DNA of 64,000 bases, taken from Salpingoeca rosetta (taxonomy: Eukaryota > Protista > Choanoflagellata). Below the pieces are notes generated by a model that had not been told where the DNA came from, searched no databases, and was given only the letters and a program-made list of their open reading frames with translations. Below are positions 1 to 12,700 of the stretch, in pieces (within the stretch, counting starts at the first letter, position 1; each line of letters begins with the position of its first letter). The translations under genes and the position numbers were made by a program. The stretch is taken from the NCBI GenBank assembly GCA_033442325.1, contig JAWQFM010000007.1:166735-230734 (forward strand), in the 5' to 3' direction.

Positions 1-950
1 ACGTGTACATCCTTACACTCAGATCATCATGTGCATCACACCATTGATAATCTCCAACCGCATGCCCTTCCCCTCCCTGTTCCGCACCACCACCATCATC
101 ACCACCAGGGGCAGTACGACCCGTCTGCAACGCTGGCGCGGATTGAGGATGAGCACGTGCGCGGGCTCGTCTCCGAGATGATTGCGTCAGACGCATCCGC
201 CCGCCCGTCTGCAGCCGCAATTCTCGAACGCCACACAGGTGCCAATGTTGTTCTGTGTTGCTGCACCCCGTTGCTGCTGTTTGTACTTCACCCCTCCGTA
301 GCCAACACTCCTCATAACCCATCACTTCACCACCCACCACCATCACCACCACCACCACCACCACCACGATCGCCACCACCATTGCCATTGCCAACCGCAT
401 GCACTGCAGGCACGACGTTCCCCGTGTACTTTGAGACGGTGGTGCACCCGTTCCTGCTGCCGTTTGCGCGGGCGTCGCGCTCGTCGCGCTCGATCCACCG
501 CCTGCAGGACACGAAGATCTTCGCTGTCAAGCGCCAGCTGCCACACCTCATGGCTCAGCTCCAGCACCTCGACACTGCAAGCAAGCGTGAGTGGAAGCAG
601 AGGGTATGTGTCTGTGTGTGTGTGTGTGTCTGTCTCTGTGTCTGTGTGCCTGTCTGTGTGTCTGTCTGTCTGTCTGTCTCTGTGTTTTCGACTTGGCTCA
701 TTGCCTCTCCATTGTCCCTGACCATGACCGCCCCTCCCTCTCGTTCACCACCGCGCTGCCAATCACTGCGACCACAACGGCAGAGGATGCGCTGTCGCTC
801 GTGTTTTCGGTGGTGCTGTCCTGTGTGCGCAGCCTGACCATCTCCAACGCCAAACTCACCGCCCTCGACCTCATGCTCACATTCGCCGAGCACGCCTCCG
901 ACCACCACAGGTCGCACAATGTCGTTGCTTGTTTTGCTTTGTGTGACTGC

Positions 951-1033
<83 letters not shown>

Positions 1034-1347
1034 GTGTGTGTGTGCGTGTGTGTGTGTTGTGCGTGTGTGTGCATGTGTTTGTTGTATATGTTTATTTGCT
1101 GTTTGTTTGTTGTTTGTTTGTTGGTCGCTCGTTGGTTTGCCTGTCTATCTGTCTGTCTGTGTGCATCTTAGTACCAGCGACAGTCCGTATCTGTCCTTGC
1201 ATTGCGCCAATGCGGCTTTCCTCACGGATCACCTCGGGTCCACTTCAACGTCACCAGGCTAGAGCGGTTTTTGCCGTATTTCATGTACATGATGCAGAGC
1301 AACGAACTCCCCATCGTCCGCGCTGCAGCCCTCAAGTACGAACGCAT

Positions 1348-1390
<43 letters not shown>

Positions 1391-3729
1391 AGCAAACACA
1401 TATGCAAGCAAACACATGCTCTCACACACACACACACATGCAAGCAAACACATGTTCACACACACACATGCAAGCAAACACGAGTATACACGCGCACGTT
1501 CACCCACATACACTCAATCCCCCTCTTCTTGTCACGCACCAACGCACGTGTTCAGGGGCATGGTGCGGCTTGTTCGGATGGTGAGCGAGGTGCAGCCGAC
1601 AGATGCCAACCTGTTTTCCGAGTACATCCTACCCGTCGTCACCCCTTTCGTCAAGGATGACAACGTCAGACAAACTGCACCCAACTGCCCGTGTGCGTTG
1701 TGTGCCATGTGTCACGCGTCTGAAACGCTGCCATCATTGCACAGGCATCTTCACCGTTTTCACGAACCCTTGCTTCAACCCCACCTCCGCCCCACGTCCT
1801 TGTTGACCTCAGGAGATGTGCCGGTGTGCGTTTGCGGCGTCCCTTGGTCCGCTCGCCGCGTGCTCCCGGCGCTTTCTTGACGCCGCGCAGAGCACGTACC
1901 GCAAGACAGACGACGCGTCGTCCCTCCCCTTTAGTAGCTTCGACAGCGAGCTCAACGCCCTCAGGGACCTCATTCAGGTCTGTTGTGTGTGTGTGTGTGT
2001 GTGATTGTGTGTGCAATTGTGTAATTGTGTGATTGTGTGATTGTGTGTGTCTGTCTGTGTGTGTGTGTGTGTGTGTGTATGTGTCTATGTCTGTGCGTCT
2101 GCCCGTGTGTCTGCTTGCTCGTGCAACAAATCATGACTGACTACCACCCTTCTTCACCTCCCTCCCCCCGCTGCTACCACCCCCTTCCCCTCCCCCTCCT
2201 CTCCCTCTCTGCACACCAGCGCGACCACGTGATGCCTGTACTGCAGGACTCGTCTGCACACGTGCGCGAGGCGTTTCTCTCCTCAGACCTCCACTACCTC
2301 TGCATGTTTCTCGGAACAGAGCGAAGTGCGTCCGCGTGTCCCACGTGCCGCCGCTTGCAATGCGACCCCCCCCCATGCTGTTGCACAGCTCCACCTGCAC
2401 GTGTGGTTCAACATTGTCATTCCCTGACCCTTGCCATATCATGGTGGCACACACTCACTCACACACGCGCGCACACTCACTCACTCACTCACTCACTCAC
2501 TCACTCACTCACTCACTCACTCACTCACTCACTCACTCACTCACTCACTCACTCACTCACACACACACTCTCTCTCTGTCTTTCACTCACTCACGCACAC
2601 ACACTCACACACACACGCATGCGATTACAGCGATGGCGCCGCTGCTGCAACATCTGCTCACGCTGATGAATGAGAAGCGAAGCTGGCGCATCAGAAAGGC
2701 GTTCTTCAAGGCTGTCAAGGTGCCTGCTCGCGCATGCGTTGTTCTGTGTGTGTGCCTGTGCCTGTGTCTGCTCGCTTGCCTGTGGTTGCAACGCTTTTGC
2801 CTGCCATGTTCCCAACGCTACCACGGCAGTGCCTGCCCCACCCTTTGCCCTGTGTTCATGTTCACCTCCATGCTCACGTGTGTGTGTTGCAGATGATTGC
2901 CCCGTATGTGACGACAGAGGCGCTCATTGAATTCCTCCTGCCCATGTTCGAGCGAGCCCTCCACGACAGGTCAGAATGTGACACATGGTGCGTGTGTATA
3001 TCGTTGTGCGTGTGTGTTTGATGTGTTTGGAATCATGGGTTTGTGCTTGTGGGTCCATGGACCTCACCTCAGTCTTTGCGTTCTTCTGCCAGCGAGGAGA
3101 ATGTCGTGCAGGCGGCGCTTGAGTCGCTGTCGTCGATTGTGGACCAGCAGCTGTTCCCGCTCCCCTCCCACCGCCGCTTGCTCGACTGGTCACTCCCGCT
3201 CATCGCACACCCAAAGTACACGCCTCAGTCAAGTTCACGCGCGCACTGCGGTGTGCAACAAACACTTGCTCGCTGTCATCCCTCACAGAAGGAGGGCTGT
3301 GCTCGTTCTTCCCCATTTCCCGCTTGATCCAACGCGCTCACTCACTCACTCACTCACTCACTCACACGCACTCACTCACTCACACGCACGCACGCACTCA
3401 CTCACTCACTCACTCACTCACTCACTCTCACTCACTCACTCATCTTCCACTTCCTTCACCACCCCCTACCCCCATCAGTGCGTGGATCCGGTTTGCCGTG
3501 ATTGATCTTGTGTCGACCATCGCCCGGCAGTATCCCCCGCACGATGCGGACCACGCTGTCCTCCCCGTGCTCAAGGATTACATCACGTACGCCATCGGCA
3601 ACCCGCAGGACCCTAAGGTTCTCGCCGCCGCTGCCATCGCCCCCATCACCCGACAGACATACGAGTTCCTCGTCAACCACGAGCACCTACAGGAGTCAGT
3701 TGATTGCTCCGTGTGTGTGTGTGTGTGTG

Positions 3730-3761
<32 letters not shown>

Positions 3762-4031
3762 CGTTTGATCTTGTGGTTTTGATTGCTTCTTCACTTTCAA
3801 TGATTCCTGTCACCCGTCTAACGACACGTGCTCTCACTGGCACATCACCACCACCAGGCTGCTTGGGGCGCTGGCGCAATCAAAGCTGCACGACGTTGCC
3901 TCTGACAAAGCGCACGTCTCGAGCTCACAGAGCCGCCTCCTCGCTGCACTCGCAAACGTGAGGCTCAGGCAACCCGTGCGTGATCCTTTCTTACTTGGCA
4001 TCATTGACGTTCCCTTAACCACACCACCTCA

Positions 4032-4099
<68 letters not shown>

Positions 4100-4879
4100 A
4101 CACACACAACACACATACACAGACGGGCTGCCCTGCGAAGGACTGGGCGAAGATTCTGCTACTGGAGGAACACATCAGCAAAGTGAGTCCACATGCATTT
4201 GCTTCCGCCACGTAGCCTCGCAAGCCTTCTTTTCGATTGTTTTCCTGTCTACATCTCTCAGATCACACCATCCCGCACCATAACACACCCATAACACAAC
4301 ATGACCACAGACGCGAGACGAGCGGCTGCAGGCGATGAAAATGCCAAAGTCGAAGCAGGAGCCTACAGTGCCCGCACGTGTGCTCGCACAGCCCCCGCCC
4401 CAGGCAATCGCACCCGTCATCCTCAAGGTCTCTCGGCTTGTCTGTATCTGTGCCTCTCTGTCGTGTTCGTCTGTCCGTATGCTTGCATGTTTGTAAGTCT
4501 CTTTGTGCAGTGTTTGTATATGCACACGACCAGCCCACTCACCTTCTCCTTTCCTCCCTTCCCTCATCTTCCATCTGCAACAGCTGCCAGAGAGCGTGGT
4601 CAAGGGCACAGACGAGTCGTCATCATCGTCGTCTGCTGATGCGGAGGGGCGGCACTTCTCGCGTCGCAAGTGGTCGCTCAAGAAGTCCATGCAGGCCGCC
4701 AGCGACACCACCAGCAGCAGCAGCAACAGTGGTGGTGGTGGTGGGGATACGCAGGATTCAGCGCCTGATCTGAGCTTAGAGGCCAAGATGCAGCTGGCGA
4801 TGCGAAGGGAGGAGGACACACGCCGCTTCGCTGCTTACGACGCCGATCTCAACGCGTACGCCAGCCCCACTCGTTTGTG

Positions 4880-4930
<51 letters not shown>

Positions 4931-5381
4931 GTGTGTGTGTGTTATGCTGGCGCTCTCGTCCATGAAAATCCTCCGATGCTACAGGTTTATCGTGGTAGGT
5001 TAACCTGTGATCGAGGGTCGTGTACTACGGGGGAGCCCAACGGAGGATAGGGATTACCGTTCTCTAAAACCATTTGGCCCCGGAGCCCGCACCGAGAGTT
5101 CCACCGAATGGCTAGATTAATCCTCCGAACGATGAAGCGCGCGGCGTGAGGTTTAAAAGACTTTTGCAGATTTTGGGATAGGTGTTGTGGAGACCGTACG
5201 ATACACGCCAATTTATATTACGACCAAATCCTGGGGTCACCATTTATTCATTAAACATGAGGATGCCCTTGCCGTTGTACTGGTTCGTATTGTGCACCTG
5301 GTCCAAGATCGTGCATATTGTAAGCTCGTTAAGAGTACCTGCTGAATCTGCATACGACCGATCGACTCGTCCTTCTCTACA

Positions 5382-5428
<47 letters not shown>

Positions 5429-5747
5429 ACACACACACACACACACACACACCGGTCGAAACCTTCACATCTTGCCTCTCCGCACACATCACCGCCTCTG
5501 TGTCGCAATTGTCAGGCCGCGGCGGGATGGGCGGCGGATGGCGCCCGTCATGCAGCGATGGAAACCGGCAGGCATCATGGTCGGCCACCTGCACGAGCAC
5601 AAGGGCCCAATCACAACCCTCGCCGTCGCCCCTGATGGAAAGGTCCGCTCGCAACCTTGTGTGTCTGTGGGTGTGTTTGTGTTTGTCTGGGTTTGTGTTT
5701 GCGTGTGTGTGTGTGTGTGTGTGTTTGTGTTTGTCTGGGTTTGTGTT

Positions 5748-5799
<52 letters not shown>

Positions 5800-6389
5800 T
5801 GTTTGCGTGTGTGTGTGTCGTGTCTGTGTCTGTGTTTGTGTATCCGTGTGTGTGTGTGTGTCTGTGTGTCTGTGTTTTCCCGCTGAATCTCGATACCACA
5901 AGTGCACGTTCACGGCTTCCTCCTCCTCCTCCTCCTCTCTCCTCCACTTCTGCTGGCAGTTCTTTGCGTCTGCGTCGAAGGACCGCAGCATTCGCATCTG
6001 GGACTGCAACAAACTCGAGGGCAAAGCCGTCACTAACCGCTCCCGCTTCCAATTCAAGGAATTCAAGGCCGGTATCCGCGACATTGCCTTCACGGGCAAG
6101 GTGCGTCAAACGCGTGTGGGTGTGGGTGTGTGGGTGTGCATGTTCAGCTGCATCTTGTGTCATTTTCTTCCCTTCTTCCTCCCTGTCCTGCTGGCCAATC
6201 CTGACAACCCAACCAAACGCCAACTGCCTCCTGTTTGTGGTTGCAGAAACACATGATGGCGGCCTGCAGCGGTCATGCCCTCCACCTCATTGACATCAAG
6301 CACGCGAACAAAGTTGCCCTCACCGTCACGCAGCGCAAGTTCGACAAGGAACACGTACGTGTTGTGATGAGCCTTGCTCTGTGTGTGTG

Positions 6390-6468
<79 letters not shown>

Positions 6469-7905
6469 ATGTGTGTGTGTGTGTGTGTGCATTTAGACCA
6501 CTTGCACTTACTCACGCGCAAGCAATGAACAATACACGCACACACAATTAACACACACCACCTTGGCGCGTGTGCAGGAAGGGGCGCCCGTTCGTGTGCG
6601 GCAGTTGGCAGCCAACCTACACCACGACGACGTGCTTGCCTTCTCCACGGCGAAAGGCGTCGTTGGCGCATGGGACCTGCGCACCGCCGCTGACGGCTGG
6701 ACAGTCAAGACCAAGCCAGGATACGGCCTCGCTCAGGTACAGTGTCGGTGTGTGTCTGTGTCTGTTTGTGTGTGTCTGTGTCTGTGTTTGTATATTTGCC
6801 TGTGTGTTTGTGTGTTTTGCGAGTGTCAGCGTAGCTACCAACGACGACCAACAATTATCCTATTCCCGATTCTGAACTTTCATTTTCCACCACAGACGTT
6901 CGTGACGGATCGTGCTGGCGTGTGGATGGTGACGGGAACAGCCCGTGGCGTGCTCACTCTCTGGGACATCAGGTTCTGCAACTGGCGCACGTGTGAATGC
7001 TTAAATGTGTGTGTGTGTATGAAGATGCCATTGTGCATGCTGTGTGTATCCCTCAACTCACACCACACACGTTCAATCATGAATTGCCAGGTTCCTCCGT
7101 CCTGTGAAGAGTTGGGTGGATCCACTCGGTGCCATTGGTCAGTTGCGCATCTGTAGCGTGCTTGCTTGCAAACACCTTTTGTGCTCCTTCCACCAATAAC
7201 GATTGCATCATCTCCTGTCTGCACATGCGTGGGTTTGTAGGACAAGTGGAGCTGTTTCCCTCGGCTGGTGACGTGTTTGACCATCATGCGCAGGCAACAC
7301 TCAGCCCTAAGGTGAGCGTGATGCAAGCAAAGCCGATGCACCAAAGCCCTGTCTGTCCGTGCCGTTCACTACCGACTCACTCACTCACTCACTCGCTCAC
7401 TCACTCACTCACTCACTCACTCACTCACTCACTCACTCACTCACTCACTCACTCACTCACTCACTCACTCACTCACTCACTCACACTCCTTGCAGGTCAT
7501 GACGACGGTCAACAACGTGATCAAGGTGTGGGACATCCACAAGCAGCGCATCACAGACATCTTCGCACCGCCTCGCCCGCCAGCTGCCGCTCATCTCAGT
7601 GTTGGCGGTGGCGGTGATGATGATGTTCGTGCCCGCACAATGTCTGAGTTGTCAACCGCCACCACCACGTCCTCATCAGCAGCAACAGCAATGGCTGCAA
7701 GTGCACCGGGAGATGTGCTGAAGGACATGCTTGGGGAAGCGCCCGCAGTGGACGACATTGCCCCACCGGTCACTGCGCAGGAGTTTTACGGCCGCGAAAT
7801 GCAGCGGCAGCTCAAGCAGACAAACCAACGCGTGGACGTGGCTCGCCTCTGGAGCAGACTCCCAGCAGCACAGCGCGCACCGTTCCTTCGCAGGTACGTG
7901 TATCT

Positions 7906-7948
<43 letters not shown>

Positions 7949-8818
7949 TGTGTGTGTGTGTGTGTGTATGTGTGTGTGTGTGTGTGTGTGTCTGTGTGTG
8001 TGTGTCTTGTCTGTTGGTTCCCTGCTGTCTGCATCAACACAAGGGTTTGGCAGCTTCACCCAATCCGACCAATCCCCCGCCTCACATCCACCTTGTGGTT
8101 TGCACTTTCACAGCGCGAAGGAGGACTTGATTCGATATCAGAAAGCGCTCGACGCCTCGCTCGCAGGCCATCCCGACCTGACGGCCCCGAATCAGGTGCA
8201 GCCACAAAAGTGGGGAGGAGAGATAGGAGGGAGTTGTGTTCTCTTGCTGACTCACTCGCTCACTCACTCGCCCACTCACACACTCGCCCACTCACCCACT
8301 CACTCACTCACTCACTCACTCACTCACTCACTCACTCACTCACTCACTCACTCACACACACACACTCACTCACTCACTCACGCACGCACTTACTCACACA
8401 CTCACTCACGCACGCACTCACTCACACACACACACACACACACTCACTCACTCACTCACTCACGCACGCACTTACTCACACACTCACTCACGCACGCACC
8501 CACACACTCACTCACTCACTCACACACTCACTCACTCACTCACTCACTCACTCACTCACTCACTCACACACACACACATGTGCAGCCGCGTCGGGTGATG
8601 TTCAACCCCGAAGGCAGCCCGCTCGTGTTCACATCAGGCAGCGACTGCAGAATACACTACTGGGACACCGTCAACCCCTATTTCTCGCTCGAGATGCCGC
8701 AGGGATCACAAGGTGTGTCTCCGACGCATGTCGCTCGTTTGCGGGGGCTGTGCAATACTTTCTTGAGTCATTCATATTGCTGTGTCATATTTCTCGCTGC
8801 ATCATCATCACCGAACCT

Positions 8819-8865
<47 letters not shown>

Positions 8866-9283
8866 CAAAAAAAAAAAAAAAAAAAACACCACAGCGTCAT
8901 CTGCGGCGTCGAGTGCCCAGCAGCGCTCGCAGTTCCAGCACGAAGAGCGGGATGGCGTCAATTTCACGCGTGCACGCGACGATGAAGACATTGCCCCGCC
9001 TCAGCCCCACTCACGCCCAGGCCCTTTCCCACACAACGTGAGTATCACGTTCACAGCGCATTGTTCACGGTTTCTATTTGTGCGCTGATGTGACGATCGC
9101 CCTCGCCCCACTCCCACGATGTCAACACCTCACCCCTTGTGACTCCCCTTTCCCTCCACTATCCCAACCTCAACCACACAGGCTGCGCATCGTGATGCCA
9201 TTACGGCCTTTGCTGTCGCCCGCGCTCCAAACCACGTCCTCATCAGTGCAGACAGAGAGGGTGTGATCAAAGTATGGAAATAG
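1..9283 (+). CDS. PIK3R4: VPS15/PIK3R4 (PI3K class III regulatory subunit), multi-exon and 5'-partial: end of kinase domain, HEAT repeats, WD40 propeller
   Basis: Spliced exons give the kinase C-lobe end (HVRGLVSEMIASDASARPSA), HEAT segments (LERFLPY, NLFSEYILP, WRIRKAFF, LLPMFERALHD, WIRFAVI), the WD40 start QRWKPAGIMVGHLHEHKGPI and the C-terminus HRDAITAFAV...LISADREGVIKVWK* (TAG 9281-9283). These match the VPS15 signatures WRPxGxLVAHLHEH and SRDGxVKVWK. Confidence 0.92.
4955..5372. mobile_element. 404-bp compositionally foreign insertion (4962-5365) flanked by 7-bp direct repeats CTCGTCC, in VPS15 intron 4856-5515; identity unknown
   Basis: CTCGTCC occurs at 4955-4961 and 5366-5372. The interior is non-repetitive, about 49% GC by manual count and rich in TA dinucleotides, unlike the flanking microsatellite intron. 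No TIRs, TG..CA ends or poly-A tail. Confidence 0.4.
7760..8153 (+). other. HMG-box-like domain inserted within the VPS15 WD40 region, split by intron 7894-8113
   Basis: Spliced peptide PPVTAQEFYGREMQRQLKQTNQRVDVARLWSRLPAAQRAPFLRSAKEDLIRYQKAL follows the HMG pattern P..A...Y..E....K...W..L....+.PF...A.ED..RY. Confidence 0.7.
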
Positions 9284-9777
9284 CGGCCGTGCAAGTCACA
9301 CACTGACACAAGGTACATCCTGCACCGCAGCTCTTGCACTCGTTCTCGTCGTTGATGTTGCTGTTCTGTGCACACGTGTCCAGCCCGTCTTTGCATGCGC
9401 CCTTTTGTGAGCGTTGCTTTGTGTGCACACACCAACCTTTCCCCTCCTCCTTTTCCCCTCTCTTGCCTCCCCCCTCTCTTCTTTCCTCCGACGTTTTGAA
9501 CCGCGATGACTGTTGGTTTGCTCTTGTGTTCCTCTGTATACTGTTCCGTGCTCGAATTGAACCAGCGAGCGAAGTGCCAAAGCAAATACACGAACGAAAC
9601 CTTGCTTTCTCCACAGCACTGACACAAATGCAACTATGTACAATGAAACTACACAAGATTTTCTGTTCTCTGGTTTGAAGCACACGCATCTAGCACACGC
9701 GTTCAACATAAACAGCCAACTGACCCACACACGCCTTGCATGCACCCATCCACCTCTCACACGCTCACCTCACACAA

Positions 9778-12700
9778 TCACTCTGGCGTCGCGCCAAGCA
9801 GACTCTGCAAATGCTCGCGCAATGCAAGATTTTCCTCCATGAGTGTGCTGACGTTCATCACATGCTGCCGTTGAGAAGTGTTGCCTGCAGGCACGGAACC
9901 GTGGCGGGCGCTCGGAGGTTGGAAGGGGTTTTTGGCAGCGTGGCCATGTGCAGGTCTTGCAACACCATCAGCACGACCAGGAAGGTGTGGCGACAACGCG
10001 GACGAGGATGGCGTTGATGAGGATGATGAGGATGATGAGGATGATGACAGCTTGAGGGACGTGGCAAACGAAGGCTGCACAAACAGCGACTCGCTTTGCA
10101 CACCTGCAACGAGAGAGAACCCCACACAGACACAACAAAGGTGAGGTTGCAATTGAAACCATAGACGGCACTTGAGTCAGAACAAACGAAACCATGAGAC
10201 CTCAAACACCTAGCGCTTCAGACACCAACAACCAAGTCAGGCATAACCACCTCACGTGTGCACACACACACACACACTCACTCACTCACACACACACTCA
10301 CTCACTCACTCACTCACTCACTCACTCACTCACTCACAATACGGCAAGGGAACACACCTCTTTTCCTGCTTGCAACGTTTGTGCGGTCTTGAAGGGCAGT
10401 GCTGCGGGCAGATTTGACCTGCGACACACTTGCGTCGTTCTTTGCATGCTGGCGCGTGTGATGGCGCTGCTGTGAAAACTGACTGCTGGACACATCCTTG
10501 GCTGCTGCGCCACCATGGTGCGAGTGCCGTTCTTGTTGCTCATGCTGCTGTTGTTGCCGCTTCCCTGTGCGCTGACATGATACTCCGTCATCCTCCGTCA
10601 GCCCGGCTGCCTCTGCTGTCTCCACCGCGACCATGTGCATGGACTGCAACTCCTCGCACATGCTGATCAGCTCCCGGCCAACATCCTTCTGCAGCCGACT
10701 CAGCACGTCTGTTTGCTGTTCCAAATCAGCCGCCACCTGCTCCCGCCGCGTCGACAGCGCCAGCAGTTGCTCGTCGCCATCACCACCCCGCGTGGCCGGG
10801 GCGCCAGTCCCTGGTTTCCGCTTCTCAATCGCCATGCTGCGTTGAAGGTTGGACAGAATGCTGCTGGTTTGCTGAAGAACACGCACGCACCGCGCCAACT
10901 TGTTGCAGCGCCCGCTCAGCCGCTCACGCACACGCATGAGGCGCAGGTGCGACGCCTGGTGCTGGCCCACCATCGTATCCAGCACATGCAAGCGACGGTG
11001 CTGCTTCTCCAAGTGCGTGCGACACGCGCCCAGCGCGCCTTCAAGCTGCTCTTTCTCCTGCAGCAGCGTGTGAATGGACTGCATCAGAAGCGTCTGCCTC
11101 TCCACCAAGCCAACCTCAGACACATGAGACGCCGCCGGCTGCTGCTGCTGCTGCTGCTGTTGAAGGCGACGGTGGGGATGCGGGTGTTTGTGCTGACCTG
11201 CACCAGCGGCACCAGTACTCGTCAAGTGTTCCCCCGCAACGCCTGCCGTGCTTGTCGTCGTTCCCGCCGTGGGCACAGAAGCCGTAGTGGAGGGCATGGT
11301 AGCGGAGGATATGTCACCGCTCATATGCGTCGTTCGTGTGAGGGCGGCCCGCATCTCCTCTGCCAGCGCGCGTGCGTGCGCTTCCGCATGCTTGGACTGC
11401 TGTAACGCCGACTGCAGCTGCACCAGCTGCTTCTCCTTCTCCTTGAGGGAGGACTGCGCCTTGTCGCACCCTTCCTTGGCGTGCTTGTACAGCGCAGCAA
11501 AGGAGTCCCGGTCCGCATTCGCCGCCGCCAACGCCTCGTGCACGTGTCGCACTTCAACGGTTTTGCTCTTCAGATCGGACGTCGTGTCCCGCAGTGACCT
11601 GGCCAAGTGGTCCACCTCGCCGCCGGCGTGCTCTGCCTTGCGCTTATGCCGCGCCACACGTGCCTCCAACTCCCGCACGGCCTTTCGCTCCGTCCGCAGC
11701 TCTTCCTCGGCAGCCTGCTTTGCAGTCAGCAGCCTGTTCCTCTCCTCCCGGTAGCGCGCCTGCCGCTGCTCTGCCGAGCGCAACGCACGCCGCGTCTCCT
11801 CAAGCTCCATCGTCACGCGATCAAAGGCGTTGGAAGTGCTGCCATCACGGCGCTCCCGAGCCGCATACACGGCTCGATCACCATCTGCTCTCTGATGTTG
11901 CTGTTGCTGTTGGTGCTGGTGCTGGTGCTGGTGGTGCTGGTGCTGGTGCTGGTGCTCTTGTTCGTTTTGTTGTTGTTGCTGCTGCTGTTGTTGTTCCTTT
12001 GAGGATATGGCGGTGGCAAGTGCACGCTGCAGATCGGCACACCAGTGCGCGTGTGTGCTTAAGCGTGCACAGAGGATGGTGAGTTTGTTGAAGTTTTCCT
12101 TGCTACGGCCAGGTGTGGCACGTCCAGCACCACCACCACTGCCGCTACTCCTGTCATTGCTGGTGCCGCTCATGTGAGCATGGCTGGTGGGCAGGGCTGG
12201 CAGCGAGGGCGGCAGAGGAACGCGTGCATTGTCAAACGCCTGGCACGAACGCTGAAGATGCTCGCACACATCATGCAAATGTGTATCCAGGTCCTCCACC
12301 TGTGCGCACACGTCCGACACAGTGCTGTCATGCACCTCCGCCTCCTCCGCTGCATCTGCCGCTCGCTGCTGCAGCAACTGCACTTGATCCTGCAGCCGCT
12401 GCGTCTCGTGTGTGAGCTCGCCCTTCTCCACCCGCAGTTGCTCGCATTCGCGCCTGGCCTGATCCAGCGCACGCTGAAGCTCCTGTGCACGGGTGTGGTC
12501 TGCCTCGTGCATGGAATACTGCTGCTGCGCTCGTTGCTCCTCCTTGGCGTGGTCCTGCTGCTGCTGCTCGTGCAGCGTGGCCAGCTGGCTTTCCAGAGCA
12601 TCACACCGCTCCTGCGTGCGTGTGTGCTGGGAGCTCAGGCGCTGCTTCTCTTGCTCGACACTGGCCAGCTGCCGCTGCAGTGACGCCAGCTGTGCCTGCA

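Noticed and set aside
877-1584. Many ORFs rich in HTHT, CVCV or SLTH throughout the window
   Set aside because: They are translations of intronic (CA)n, (GT)n and (CACT)n microsatellites, which lack stop codons; they are not metal-binding proteins.
4968-5048. Three-way-junction fold considered as a hammerhead ribozyme or snoRNA
   Set aside because: No CUGAUGA/GAAA core on either strand and no convincing C/D or H/ACA boxes.
5062-5070. GTTTTAGAG on the minus strand, like the start of a Cas9-type CRISPR repeat
   Set aside because: Single 9-mer, no repeat-spacer array and no cas genes in a eukaryotic context.
5151-5157. Slippery heptamer UUUAAAC on the minus strand
   Set aside because: No credible ORF pair around it; expected by chance.
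4962-5365. Solo LTR or MITE identity for the insert
   Set aside because: No TG..CA termini with a 4-6-bp TSD and no terminal inverted repeats.
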